Assembly: GCA_049802875.1 (NCBI GenBank)
Contig: JBARNH010000048.1
Span: 64,551 to 128,550 of the forward strand
DNA: 64,000 nucleotides
Direction: 5' to 3'
From: Thermoplasmata archaeon
GTDB lineage: Archaea; Thermoplasmatota; Thermoplasmata; Lutacidiplasmatales; UBA184
Below are positions 37,587 to 47,547 of this stretch, one piece after another. Position numbers and translations under genes: made by a program. Every line of letters begins with the position of its first letter. Position 1 is the stretch's first letter. The notes under the pieces are model-generated. The model did no database searches. It was given only the letters and a program-made list of their open reading frames with translations, and was not told the DNA's origin.

Positions 37587-39088
37587 AGAGCGACGAGCTG
37601 TTCGCCCTGCTCCGCCGGCGCGGGGTGTTGTGGCCCTCCGCCGAGATCTACGGGGGGGCGCAAGGACTCTACGATTACGGCCCGCTCGGCACGGCGCTGA
37701 AGCGCCGGGTCGAGGACGCGTGGGTCGCCTGGTTCGTCGGCCTCTCCCACGACTACCACCTCATCGAGCCGGCGGAAATGCTGCCCGAAGCGGTCGTTCG
37801 CGCGTCCGGCCACCTCGAGAACTTCACGGACCCCGAGGTCACGTGCGACCAGTGTCACTCGGAATTCCGGGCCGACACCCTCCTCGAGAAGGTGCGACCC
37901 GAAGGCGTCGATGGCCTCTCGGACGCGCAGATCGATGAGATCATCCGCGCCCGCCAGCCGCGCTGCCCGAACTGCGGCTCGACCGCGCTCAGCGTGCCGC
38001 GGGCGTTCAACCTGATGTTCGGCACCGAGTTCGGCGCATCGGGCAAGGAACGAGTGTACCTTCGACCCGAGACCGCCCAGGGCAGCTACCTCTCGTTCGC
38101 CCGAATGTGGGACGTCGGCCGTCGCACCCTCCCGCTCGGGATCGCTGTGGTCGGACGCGCCTATCGGAACGAGATCGCGCCCCGCCAGCTCCTTTTCCGG
38201 ATGCGCGCGTTCACCCAGGCGGAGCTTCAGATCTTCTTCGACCCGGCGCACTTTGGTGTTCCGTTCGAACGGGCCCGAGACGAGCTCCTTCCCGTCCTCC
38301 GCGTCGCGCGACGAGAATCCGGCGAGGAGACGCCGGAGCTCATTTCGGCGTCCGACCTGGTGGCCAAGGGTCAACTTCCCGAGTTCTACGTCTACCATCT
38401 CGTCCACACCTTCCGGTTCTTTCGGGACGTGCTGCGGTATCCCGCCGACCGGATCCGGCTGTTCGAGAAGTCGGACACGGAGCGTGCGTTCTACAATCGG
38501 ATCCAGTTCGACGTGGAGGTCCGGCTCGAAAGCCTGGGGGGGTTCAAGGAGGTGGCCGCGGTGCACTACCGCGGTGATTACGACCTTACGCGCCATAGCC
38601 AGGGGTCCGGCAAGGACCTCTCGGTCACTCCCCACGGGGCAGGGAAGCTCCTCCCGCATGTCCTCGAGCTCACGTTCGGGGTCGACCGCAACATCTGGGG
38701 GCTCGCCGACATCCACTTGGGCAAGGACGGGGAGCGGACCGTGTGGCGGCTGCCTCCCTACCTCGCTCCGGTGCCCGTCGGGGTCTTCCCGCTGATGCCA
38801 AAGGAGCAGGCGGCATTCGCGCTCCGAGTCGCCGACGACCTGGCGGCGGGCGGCGTGCGAACCCAGTACGACGACGCAGGGACGATCGGGAAGCGGTACG
38901 CGAGGATGGACGAGGCGGGGACGCCGTACTGCGTGACGGTGGACGGCCAAACGCTGGCCGGCGGCCCCGAACACGACACCGTGACTCTCCGCGACCGAGA
39001 TACGAAGGCTCAGGAGCGGTTGCCGGTCGCGGACCTCCTGCCCCGCCTCCGCCCCACTCTCGAGCCTCCGCGACCGTCGAGGGCGTAG
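37583..39088 (+). CDS. glyS: Glycyl-tRNA synthetase, archaeal/eukaryotic-type class II
   Basis: Class II motifs, …FNLMFGTEFG…, …GIAVVGRAYRNEI…, and the C-terminal anticodon-binding domain. ATG at 37583. Confidence 0.95.
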   Translation: MKSDELFALLRRRGVLWPSAEIYGGAQGLYDYGPLGTALKRRVEDAWVAWFVGLSHDYHLIEPAEMLPEAVVRASGHLENFTDPEVTCDQCHSEFRADTLLEKVRPEGVDGLSDAQIDEIIRARQPRCPNCGSTALSVPRAFNLMFGTEFGASGKERVYLRPETAQGSYLSFARMWDVGRRTLPLGIAVVGRAYRNEIAPRQLLFRMRAFTQAELQIFFDPAHFGVPFERARDELLPVLRVARRESGEETPELISASDLVAKGQLPEFYVYHLVHTFRFFRDVLRYPADRIRLFEKSDTERAFYNRIQFDVEVRLESLGGFKEVAAVHYRGDYDLTRHSQGSGKDLSVTPHGAGKLLPHVLELTFGVDRNIWGLADIHLGKDGERTVWRLPPYLAPVPVGVFPLMPKEQAAFALRVADDLAAGGVRTQYDDAGTIGKRYARMDEAGTPYCVTVDGQTLAGGPEHDTVTLRDRDTKAQERLPVADLLPRLRPTLEPPRPSRA

Positions 39089-39150
39089 GGAGCCCGCGCT
39101 TCCCGTCCGCGTAACAACGATATAGGTCCCCCACGCGTACACACTCCCCA

Positions 39151-39771
39151 ATGGCATCCGGTGGGGGGAGCCCTCCCAGCGCGGGCGGGGTGACCACGCC
39201 CCTCATGCACCGTCAAAACCGGTGGCTCGGTCAAGGGTACGCGGACATCACGAAGCTGCGGGAGCTCTCCGCGAAGCACGACCGGACCGCGGGTCGGATG
39301 AACCAGCGGGCCTCTCGACTGAATACCCGGATCGAGAAGTTGCGTCACCAGTCGACCATCCTCCGCGAGAAGGGGCAGCGAGCGCTCGCCCAGATCCCCG
39401 AGATCGAGCAGCAGATGAAGCAGCACGAGCGCGACATCGAGGCCGGGACGAATCAGGCCGGTGGCGCGCCCGTCGGCTCCGACGTGACGGCCCTTCACTT
39501 CAAGGTCCGCAAGCTCCAACAGAAGATCGTCGACCGACAGCAGAAAGCCCGAACGCTCGAGCATCGCGCCGCGATGAAGACCCAAAAGACGGCGGAGCTG
39601 AAGGTGAAGGTCGACCGATACCTGGAATCCGCTCGCCTCCAGGAGCAGGAGGCCCTGGCGTACCGACAACGAGCCGACCGGCTTCAGATGATCACCGAGA
39701 CCGACGTCGCCTCGAATCTGAAGGCCAACGCCGCGCCGCGCGTGGCCGACGACGGTTCCCGGACGACATGA
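39151..39771 (+). CDS. Hypothetical coiled-coil protein
   Basis: 206 aa, Lys/Gln/Glu/Arg-rich with heptad-like periodicity. The stop overlaps the next gene's ATG (ATGA). Confidence 0.55.
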   Translation: MASGGGSPPSAGGVTTPLMHRQNRWLGQGYADITKLRELSAKHDRTAGRMNQRASRLNTRIEKLRHQSTILREKGQRALAQIPEIEQQMKQHERDIEAGTNQAGGAPVGSDVTALHFKVRKLQQKIVDRQQKARTLEHRAAMKTQKTAELKVKVDRYLESARLQEQEALAYRQRADRLQMITETDVASNLKANAAPRVADDGSRTT

Positions 39772-40310
39772 AACTCATCGTCACGGTCGGTATGCCCGGC
39801 TCGGGCAAGGACGAGCTGATCGCGGTCGCGAAGTCGATGGGTCTCGCGACCCTCAAGATGGGCGACCTCGTCCGGGACGAAACCCGTCGCCGGGGCTTGC
39901 AGCTCACCAACGCGAACGTGGGCCGGATCGCCTCCGAGGAGCGCGACAAGCACGGCCCCGGCATCTGGGCGCAGCGGGCGCTTCCCAAGCTGACGGAGAC
40001 CCGGATGCTGGTAGACGGCTGCCGCTCGGACAGTGAGGTCTCGGTCTTCCGTCACAACTTCGGCGACCTGTTCGTCCTCGGGATCTTCGCCTCCCCGGAG
40101 ACCCGCCACGACCGATTGACCGCGCGCCACCGCAGCGACGACGTCGACCTTCAGGACTTCTACGACCGGGACCGACGGGAGCTCAAGTGGGGCATCGGCA
40201 ACGCGTTCGCGCTCGCGGACGGGATGCTCGTGAACGAAGGTTCGCTGGACGAGTTCCGACGGAATGCCCGCACGACCCTCGAGCAGATCCTCAAACGCGA
40301 CGACGACTGA
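39768..40310 (+). CDS. P-loop nucleotide kinase of the archaeal UPF0200/dephospho-CoA-kinase-like family
   Basis: MKLIVTVGMPGSGKDE Walker A at the extreme N-terminus and ~180 aa length. The ORF 39222..40310 upstream of this ATG is shadow over the coiled-coil gene. Confidence 0.75.
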   Translation: MKLIVTVGMPGSGKDELIAVAKSMGLATLKMGDLVRDETRRRGLQLTNANVGRIASEERDKHGPGIWAQRALPKLTETRMLVDGCRSDSEVSVFRHNFGDLFVLGIFASPETRHDRLTARHRSDDVDLQDFYDRDRRELKWGIGNAFALADGMLVNEGSLDEFRRNARTTLEQILKRDDD

Positions 40311-40336
40311 CCCGGGCAGGGGCCGGTCGTTGCTCG

Positions 40337-40987
40337 CTAGTCCTCGATCGCTTCGGGAACCGTGCCGCTGAGCAGGGCGCGGACCAGGGCGAACCGCTCC
40401 CGATCGACGACCACGGCGACACGCGCCCGACCCGCACCCAGACGCTGGACCCCGCGGGCGAGGTGGCGGTCCCGAGCCTGGGCGAACCCTCGGGAGCCTC
40501 GACCCCCGGCGACCTCCCGGTCCCACTCGAGCGCGTACTCATCGGCCGTGGAGGGGGTCGGGGGCTTGCGCGAGATCGCGCGCTCCTTGACGGTGCGGCG
40601 CACGAGCTCGACGTAGCCAATATGCTGAGTGAAGAGGCTCGCGGTCCGGTCATCGCTCGGGTCCAACGCCTCGACCGGTACCCCCTGCGCTTGGGCCCAG
40701 CGCATCAGCTCGACGATCGACGGGTTCGGCACTCGGACCTCGCCGAACCGGGAGAGTCCCCGGACCTCGCTCGTTTCGGTCGATGTCAGCGGAACGAGCG
40801 GCTCGGCTTCCGCCGCGACGAAGTACTGGACGAGGGAGTTCATCTCGTCCTGGGAGAGACCCACCCCCACCGCCTCGGGGGCGTACGAGCCGAGCTCGCG
40901 AAGGGTCGGTTCCACCTCGCTCGCGAGGCCCCGAACGGGGGCGAGCAGTAGGACGTCGCTCACCGACCGGACCCGCTCGAAGATCAC
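40337..40987 (-). CDS. Conserved hypothetical protein
   Basis: 216 aa with protein-like composition. It is translationally coupled (4-nt overlap) to the upstream COG1395 regulator. Confidence 0.5.
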   Translation of the reverse strand: MIFERVRSVSDVLLLAPVRGLASEVEPTLRELGSYAPEAVGVGLSQDEMNSLVQYFVAAEAEPLVPLTSTETSEVRGLSRFGEVRVPNPSIVELMRWAQAQGVPVEALDPSDDRTASLFTQHIGYVELVRRTVKERAISRKPPTPSTADEYALEWDREVAGGRGSRGFAQARDRHLARGVQRLGAGRARVAVVVDRERFALVRALLSGTVPEAIED

Positions 40988-41994
40988 GGCCCTTCTCGCT
41001 CGGAGATCTCCTCGATCAGGTCGTCCCCGTCGCGATGGCGCTTGAGCTCGGTGACGTTCAGGATCGGAAGACCGAAGATCGACGGCCGGTGGACGTTCTC
41101 TCGAACAATGAACATCGCGTGTCCCTCCGAAACGCGGGCGAGCCCGTGGAGGATCTCCGCGCGGTGGAGCGCTGCCCGAAGGCTTCCCACCGACGCCAGC
41201 AGGATCTCGGGGGTTCGGGTGAACGCGTCGAACGGGGCCCGGACCGTGACCGTGACCTCGAGTCCCATCCCGTCCAACTGGTCCAGCACGCCGTCCCGGA
41301 GCGGGTCCCCGGTGCGCGGACGAGGCCGAACGGGGCCGGACCCGGCGCGCTGGCCCTTGCCGGTCGCCCCTCCGGCATCGGGGGCCGGAGGCGAGCGGGA
41401 TCGGGGAACCTCGAACAGTTCGATCGGACGCACGATCGGCTCTCCTAGGAACGTCTCGATCCGGTCGATGACCCCAAGTTCCGCCCCGGCCCCCTCCTCG
41501 TACAGCTGGATCGCTCTCCGAGAGACCCCGGCGACTCCGGCGAGCGTGCCGAGAGAGAGTCCCCGGGCTTGGCGCAGGAGGCGCAACCGGTCACCGTCGA
41601 CCCGAGCGAACGTGCCGCCGGGGCTGGCATACAGGAACGGGGGGAGTGCCTTGTCCAGGTACTCTTGCAAGGTCTCGTGACTGATGATCGGTACCCCGTA
41701 CCGGGTATACACCACGCCGGGGTCCAGCTCCGATGCGCCCGACGTCTGGCCGATCACCAGCGCGAGGGCGGGGAACAGTCGTCCGAGCTCGAGGAGTCGG
41801 GCCGCCTCGTCCGCATCGAGCGCGTCGATGTTCTTCAACACCTTGATGAGGAGGAGAGTGGAGTCGCGTCGGGCCGCGAGGTCGAAGCTCGACGGACGGA
41901 CCCCGTGCGTGTCCGCCACGTAGAATCCCGCCCGCTCGAGCATCTGCTGGACCTGTTCGATCGAGCGCTCGCGGGACCGCTCCACCATCGGCAT
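40984..41994 (-). CDS. Archaeal COG1395-type transcriptional regulator (central XRE-family HTH)
   Basis: 336 aa with an HTH_XRE-like segment (…LRQARGLSLGTLAGVAGVSRRAIQLYEEG…) flanked by N- and C-terminal domains, as in the archaea-wide COG1395 family. Confidence 0.7.
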   Translation of the reverse strand: MPMVERSRERSIEQVQQMLERAGFYVADTHGVRPSSFDLAARRDSTLLLIKVLKNIDALDADEAARLLELGRLFPALALVIGQTSGASELDPGVVYTRYGVPIISHETLQEYLDKALPPFLYASPGGTFARVDGDRLRLLRQARGLSLGTLAGVAGVSRRAIQLYEEGAGAELGVIDRIETFLGEPIVRPIELFEVPRSRSPPAPDAGGATGKGQRAGSGPVRPRPRTGDPLRDGVLDQLDGMGLEVTVTVRAPFDAFTRTPEILLASVGSLRAALHRAEILHGLARVSEGHAMFIVRENVHRPSIFGLPILNVTELKRHRDGDDLIEEISEREGP

Positions 41995-42004
41995 CCTCCA
42001 TCTA

Positions 42005-42045
42005 ACGAGTTATCGCTTCTATATGAAGCAGGTAGTTACTTTCTC
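42005..42045. promoter_or_regulatory. AT-rich divergent promoter (TATA-like ttctatatgaag)
   Basis: Low-GC patch between the divergently oriented regulator (-) and metallophosphoesterase (+) genes. Confidence 0.35.
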
Positions 42046-42116
42046 TCGGGGCCGTCGAACCGCACCCGTTCGCTTCCGACGCGAAGGGTGATGGTCCGTA
42101 GCTGACTCCGCCGCCC

Positions 42117-42950
42117 GTGAACTCCCCCCTTCGCCCTATTCCCGGCGAGCCGGCGCTGCTCCTCGAGGGGGCGGCCTCCGGCAGGCCACCGACCATTGTC
42201 GTCGCGGACCTGCATCTCGGCCTCGGGGGCAGCGCGGACCGTCCGGGGGGCCCGCCCGAGGCTTCCGCCGAGACCCTCGCGGGGCGATTGATCCGTTTGG
42301 CTCGAGAACACCGTGCAGGGTCGTTGGTCGTCGCGGGCGACGTAAAGCACCCGATCGTTGGCCTCCCCCCGCCCCTCCGTCCGGTCGTCTTCGCGTTCTT
42401 TGCGGAGCTGTTGAGCGAAGATCTCGCCGTGGAGGTCGTGCTCGGCAATCACGATGTGGGCTTGGTCCGCCACCTCCCCCGCGAAGTCGCCGTTCATCCG
42501 GCGAACGGGGTCGTCCTCGAGGGTGTCGGAATCTTCCACGGGCATTGCTGGCCATCCAATCGAGTGCTCCGAGCGTCTCGCCTCGTGGCCGGCCACCTTC
42601 ACCCGGGATTCCGTCTCGCCCCCACCTCCGATGACCCGCTCGGGAAACGGCCGTGTTGGGTGCGGGTGGAGGTCGACCCGAAGCCGACTCGTACCCTTCG
42701 CGCCCGGCGGCACAGCGACCTTCGGGCCCGGGAGATCGTGATCCTACCTCCGTTCAACCCGCTCGCCGGCATCGAGGCACTGAACCGTCAACGACCGGCG
42801 CGAGGTCGGTCGTTCCTGTTCGGTCGATTCCTCTCGGCGGGCGTCGCCCGGGCGTACTTGCTGGACGGGACGGACCTCGGAACGATCCCTACGCGGTCGA
42901 AGTCCGCCCGGCGGCCGAGAGCAGGGGCGCGAGCGCGTCCGGGTCCGTGA
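42117..42950 (+). CDS. Metallophosphoesterase (calcineurin-like) family protein
   Basis: The motifs …VVADLHLG…, …GDVKH…, …GNHD…, …GHLH… are in the canonical order. Confidence 0.75.
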   Translation: MNSPLRPIPGEPALLLEGAASGRPPTIVVADLHLGLGGSADRPGGPPEASAETLAGRLIRLAREHRAGSLVVAGDVKHPIVGLPPPLRPVVFAFFAELLSEDLAVEVVLGNHDVGLVRHLPREVAVHPANGVVLEGVGIFHGHCWPSNRVLRASRLVAGHLHPGFRLAPTSDDPLGKRPCWVRVEVDPKPTRTLRARRHSDLRAREIVILPPFNPLAGIEALNRQRPARGRSFLFGRFLSAGVARAYLLDGTDLGTIPTRSKSARRPRAGARARPGP

Positions 42951-45003
42951 CGGGCGGCGCGCAGGACGAGCCGAAACAGACGAGGGCGCGAGGGTCGGCT
43001 CCGCTCGTGGCCGCGGCGAGCTCTTCGGGAAGCGAGAACGGAGGCGGTGGGACTCCCCGGAACGTCCAGACGTTGGGGTGCCAGGCGTGCCGGGCGGCCC
43101 GGAGCAGCGCGTCCGCGCGCGGGCCGTCGCCCTCGACGACCACGGTAGCGGGGCCGCTGAGCGCGAGACCGGCGGCGAGCGCCGAACCCGATGCGAACAG
43201 ACCCGCCGAACCGATCCGGGCGGCGATCGGGGAGAGCAGCGCATTGGCCCTCGCGGCCCAACGGTCGTCCTTGATGAGGGCGGCGAGACGGAGGAAGGTC
43301 GTAGCGGCCGCGGCGTTCGCCGAGAGGTGCGGACTGTCCTCGAGGGGGTAACTCGGGTCGTTCAGCGCCCCCAGGGGCGCCCCGTCGTACAGTCGAGGCG
43401 CGATATCGCGTAATAGTCCGTCCTCTCCTCGGAACTCGCGGTCAACGATCTCGAGTAGTTCGACCGCCGGGGCGACGTACTTCGGTTCCGCGAGGGCGCC
43501 CGCGAGCTCGACCAGACCCGACGCGAACGCGACCTGGTCGTCCAAGAGGCCGAACCCCTTCGGCCCGGACGGGTCGAGTCGATGGGCGATCCCCTCGCCC
43601 GGGCGATACGCTTCCTTCAGAAAGCGGTCGGCGGCCTTGCGCGCGTCGGCGAATACGAACGGGTCCATCGAGAACGCCCCCGCTCGAGCGAACGCACCGA
43701 TGAAGCGGCCGTTGATGTCGGCGTAGAGCGCGCGGTCCACGGTGGGGGTCGGACGTCGCCCGCGAGCCACGCGAAGCTGGGCAACGATTCGGTCGAGGGT
43801 CGCGGCCGGCCCACCGGGGAGGGTCAATCCTTGGGCCGCCTCCGAGAGGGAGAGTATCCGGAAGAGGACGTTTCGCTCGGGGTCGTGGTGCATGCGGCCG
43901 TCCGTTCCGAGACCGAAAAATCGGGTCGCAAAGCGAAGGTCGTCTCCTCCGAGGACGTCCTTCATCTCGCCGCGGGTCCACGTGAAGTAGTTTCCATCGT
44001 CCCCGGGCGCATTGTCGGCATCCTGCGTGCTCCCGAAGCCGCCCGCCGGATCTTCGAGTACCTCCCGGACCCATCCGAGCGTACCGCGGACCGTCTCTTC
44101 GAGCCGGGGCTCCGCGAACCGTTGGGCCCCTTCGACGTAGCTCACGAGGAGTGCGGCGTTGTCGACGCCCATCTTCTCGAAGTGGGGGATATGCCACCCC
44201 TCGTCGACCGAGTACCGGTGGAATCCGCCGCCGATCTGGTCGTACACGCCCCCGTCGGCCATTCGGAGGAGGGTCTCTTTCGCCCGGTCGGCGCTCGGGC
44301 CGGTGCCGTTCGCGAACGAATCCCACAGAAGGAACGAGACCGCCGTGGGATGGGGGAACTTCGGCGCCATCCCAAAGCCGCCGTTGACGGGATCGTAGGA
44401 GGAGAGGACGTCGGCGCGCACGCCTCCAATGAAGTCGGCGAGCGGCTGCAACGCAGCGGACCGTCGACCCCGGCTTCGGGCGAGCGCGTCCCGAATCGCC
44501 GTGGTATTCTCCTGGATCTTCTCGGGCTCGTCGGCCCAAAGACGGGCCACCTCCTTCAGGACTCGCCGAAAACCGGGCCGACCGTGTCCGTCCGTGGGGG
44601 GGAAGTACGTTCCCCCGAGGAACACTTCGCCGTCCGGAGTGAGGAATCCAGTGAGCGGCCAGCCGCCCTCTCCGGTGATTGCGCCGACCTGCCGCTGATA
44701 CCGCCGGTCGACCTCGGGGTTCTCGTCCCGGTCGACCTTGACCGCGACGAAGTGCTGGAGCAATAGTCGAGCGACCTCGCCGTCCGAGTAGGTCCCCTCA
44801 TCCATGACGTGACACCAGTGGCACCACGACGCCCCGATGTCCAGCAGGATCGGCCGACCGGTGCGCTTCGCGATCTCGAACGGTTCGGGACCCCATGGGT
44901 GCCACTCGATCGGCTGTTCGGCCGCACTTCGTAGGTAGGTGGACGTCGACTCGGAGAGGCGCCAACCGCCGCGGCGGGGCGCGCTCTCGGCGGCCGGAAC
45001 CAT
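42889..45003 (-). CDS. Thioredoxin-domain protein of the DUF255/YyaL family (thioredoxin-like N-terminus plus six-hairpin glycosidase-like domain)
   Basis: N-terminal …DIGASWCHWCHVMDE… with the (α/α)6-barrel-like remainder; 704 aa. Confidence 0.85.
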   Translation of the reverse strand: MVPAAESAPRRGGWRLSESTSTYLRSAAEQPIEWHPWGPEPFEIAKRTGRPILLDIGASWCHWCHVMDEGTYSDGEVARLLLQHFVAVKVDRDENPEVDRRYQRQVGAITGEGGWPLTGFLTPDGEVFLGGTYFPPTDGHGRPGFRRVLKEVARLWADEPEKIQENTTAIRDALARSRGRRSAALQPLADFIGGVRADVLSSYDPVNGGFGMAPKFPHPTAVSFLLWDSFANGTGPSADRAKETLLRMADGGVYDQIGGGFHRYSVDEGWHIPHFEKMGVDNAALLVSYVEGAQRFAEPRLEETVRGTLGWVREVLEDPAGGFGSTQDADNAPGDDGNYFTWTRGEMKDVLGGDDLRFATRFFGLGTDGRMHHDPERNVLFRILSLSEAAQGLTLPGGPAATLDRIVAQLRVARGRRPTPTVDRALYADINGRFIGAFARAGAFSMDPFVFADARKAADRFLKEAYRPGEGIAHRLDPSGPKGFGLLDDQVAFASGLVELAGALAEPKYVAPAVELLEIVDREFRGEDGLLRDIAPRLYDGAPLGALNDPSYPLEDSPHLSANAAAATTFLRLAALIKDDRWAARANALLSPIAARIGSAGLFASGSALAAGLALSGPATVVVEGDGPRADALLRAARHAWHPNVWTFRGVPPPPFSLPEELAAATSGADPRALVCFGSSCAPPVTDPDALAPLLSAAGRTSTA

Positions 45004-45104
45004 GTCCGATACGGCCGGTGGGCGCTCTTACCGTTGTCGTCGCTCGCGACCGGACGCCGGCCAACCAACGAACGAGGCGTAATCCACTGACGAGCGCGTT
45101 ACTG

Positions 45105-45125
45105 CGCTCGGTTTCGTTATAAGGG
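45105..45125 (+). promoter_or_regulatory. BRE/TATA-like promoter (cggtttcgTTATAAggg) ~30 nt upstream of psmA
   Basis: The only AT-rich hexamer in the 150-bp divergent intergenic region, at appropriate spacing. Confidence 0.4.
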
Positions 45126-45155
45126 GGACCCGGGTGCCCGCGCCGAGGCAGCCCT

Positions 45156-45911
45156 ATGGAGATGCAACCGGGCCAGATGGCCTATGACCGGGCCATCACG
45201 GTCTTCTCGCCCGATGGGCGACTGTTCCAGGTCGAGTACGCCCGGGAGGCGGTTCGTCGGGGCGCGACGACCGCCGGGGTCGTCTACGCGAACGGGGTCG
45301 TCCTGATCGCGGACCGCCGGATCCCGAATCCGAAGTTGGCGGAAGCGGCCAGTCTGGAGAAGATCCACCAGATCGACGAGAACATTGCCGCGGTCTCGGC
45401 CGGACTCGTCGCGGACGCGAGGGTACTCGTCGATTATGCCCGGCTCTCGGCCCAGGTCAATCGCGTGACGTACTCCGAGCCGATGACCGTCGAGCTCCTC
45501 GTCCGGCGAATCTGCGATTACAAACAGCAGTACACCCAGTTCGGGGGCGTCCGACCGTTCGGTACGGCGCTGCTGGTGGGCGGGTACGATGACAGTGGGG
45601 TGCACCTGTTCGAAACGGAGCCTTCCGGATCGCTCACCAGCTTCCGGGCCGCCAGTACCGGCGGCAACAAGGGTCCGGTGATGGACCTCTTCGAGCAGAA
45701 GTACCGCGCCGGCATGGACCGGGACGCGGCGATCCTTCTCGCGCTCGAAGGGCTCCGAGTGGGCCTCGACGAAGGCGGCAGCCTCGCTCAGGTCGAGGTC
45801 TGCACCGTGCAGGTGGGCGAGGGGATGACCCGACTCGGCTCGGACGACATCCAGAAGTACGTCGCGCGACTCCCGGCTTCCAACGCGACGGGAAAAGCCG
45901 CCAAACCTTAG
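45156..45911 (+). CDS. psmA: Proteasome subunit alpha
   Basis: The N-terminal YDRAITVFSPDGRLFQVEYA signature. Confidence 0.95.
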   Translation: MEMQPGQMAYDRAITVFSPDGRLFQVEYAREAVRRGATTAGVVYANGVVLIADRRIPNPKLAEAASLEKIHQIDENIAAVSAGLVADARVLVDYARLSAQVNRVTYSEPMTVELLVRRICDYKQQYTQFGGVRPFGTALLVGGYDDSGVHLFETEPSGSLTSFRAASTGGNKGPVMDLFEQKYRAGMDRDAAILLALEGLRVGLDEGGSLAQVEVCTVQVGEGMTRLGSDDIQKYVARLPASNATGKAAKP

Positions 45912-45940
45912 CGGAGGCCCGTGCGAGGGAACTCGCTCCG

Positions 45941-46636
45941 ATGGTGAAGGTCGAGGACGCCGTGATCGCTCGCTGGGAGACCGGGGGCTCCCGCTTTGAA
46001 GTGCTGGTCGACCCCTCGGCGGTCCAGGACGTGAAGGACGGCAAGGACATCGACCTCGCGGACAAGCTCGCCCTCGACCAGGTGTTCAAGGACGCGAAGC
46101 GCGGCGACAAGATCTCCGAAGAGCATCTCGAGAAGACGTTTCACACCCGGAACCTCGCCGCGATCGCAAAGCAGATCGTCCTCAAGGGCGAGGTCCAGGT
46201 CACGACGGAGCAACGCCATCGGCTGCAGGCCGCGAAGCAGAAACAGATCGTCGCGACGATCGCCCGCAACGCGATGAATCCCCAGACCGGCGCCCCCCAC
46301 CCTCCCTCCCGGATCGAAGCGGCGATGTTGGAGGCCAAGGTCCACATCGACCCGTTCCGGCCCGTCGATGCCCAGGTACAAGAGGTCCTGGCGAAGCTCC
46401 GACCACTCCTCCCCATCCGTCTCGACGTGGTGAAGGTCCGGGTCAAGCTACCGGCCCAACATTACCCCCGAGTGATCGGCGACTTGAAGGGCCTGGGACG
46501 GCTCATGGACGAGCAGTGGCTCGGAGACGGTTCGTGGAGCGGCGTGCTCGAGATCCCCGCCGGAGTTCAGACGGAACTCTACGAGAAGCTCAACGCGCGT
46601 ACGAAGGGCGCCGCCGAGACCGCTTTGGTTAAATAG
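45941..46636 (+). CDS. Ribosome maturation protein SBDS/Sdo1 homolog
   Basis: FYSH-domain N-terminus (…IARWETGGSRFEVLVDP…) and length, in the conserved position of the exosome superoperon. Confidence 0.9.
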   Translation: MVKVEDAVIARWETGGSRFEVLVDPSAVQDVKDGKDIDLADKLALDQVFKDAKRGDKISEEHLEKTFHTRNLAAIAKQIVLKGEVQVTTEQRHRLQAAKQKQIVATIARNAMNPQTGAPHPPSRIEAAMLEAKVHIDPFRPVDAQVQEVLAKLRPLLPIRLDVVKVRVKLPAQHYPRVIGDLKGLGRLMDEQWLGDGSWSGVLEIPAGVQTELYEKLNARTKGAAETALVK

Positions 46637-46671
46637 GCTACCTCTGTCGCACGCCCGGTGCAGCACGAAAA

Positions 46672-47529
46672 ATGGGCAGTAGTCATCGTCCCGGCCCCCG
46701 GCGGCGGGGTCGCGAGGGCTCGTCCTCGCATCCCTTCGGGGATCGGGTACTAGTTCTTCCGGGAGAGGAGATCCCCAGCCAGGGGCTGAAGCCGGGCCCC
46801 GGTACCTACCGGGTCGGCGGCAAGGTCTATGCGAGCGTGCTCGGTCTCTTGTCGCCCCGTCCTCCGTTCGTTCAGGTTGTCCCGCTCTCGGGAAGGTACA
46901 TTCCGAAGCCCGGGGATGTCGTCATCGGAACCGTCACCGACGTTCAGGGAACGTTCTGGTTGCTCGACATCGGGGCCCCGCGGTGGGCGCCCCTCCATAT
47001 GACCGGGACCCCATGGGACGTCGAGATCGGCGAGACCGAGCGGTTTCTCCGGGTCGGTGAGTCCGTCGTCGTTCAAGTCGAGAACCTCGACGCCACCGGT
47101 CGGATCGGCGTCACGATGCGAGGAGAGGGACTCGGGAAGCTCGAAGGCGGCTCGATCGTCCGCATCTCCCCCGCGCGCATCCCTCGCGTCGTCGGTCGCG
47201 GCGGTTCGATGATCCAGACCATCACCGAGCGGACCGGCGCCCGGGTGTCGGTCGGGCAGAACGGCCGGATCTGGATCGACGGAGACCCGGAGGCGATCCA
47301 TCGGGTCCGGGAGGCCCTGCGGATGATCGCCGAGGACGGCCAGCGGAGCGGGCTCACCGATCGGGTCGACAGCTACCTCCGGTCGACGGGCACCTCGGGC
47401 GAAGAGGGTCTCGGTAAGCCGCCCGAGGATAGCGCCCACCGCGACGCGCCCGGCCCCGATTACTCATCGACCCCCGCGTCGGAGGCGGTCGACGATCCCG
47501 ACGACTTCACCGGCCCCGACAACAACTGA
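46672..47529 (+). CDS. rrp4: Exosome RNA-binding subunit Rrp4 (S1 + KH)
   Basis: S1 segment (…GDVVIGTVTDVQGTFWLLDIG…) then KH (…RVVGRGGSMIQTITERTGA…). Confidence 0.85.
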   Translation: MGSSHRPGPRRRGREGSSSHPFGDRVLVLPGEEIPSQGLKPGPGTYRVGGKVYASVLGLLSPRPPFVQVVPLSGRYIPKPGDVVIGTVTDVQGTFWLLDIGAPRWAPLHMTGTPWDVEIGETERFLRVGESVVVQVENLDATGRIGVTMRGEGLGKLEGGSIVRISPARIPRVVGRGGSMIQTITERTGARVSVGQNGRIWIDGDPEAIHRVREALRMIAEDGQRSGLTDRVDSYLRSTGTSGEEGLGKPPEDSAHRDAPGPDYSSTPASEAVDDPDDFTGPDNN

Positions 47530-47547
47530 GATTCCAGGAGGAAAACA

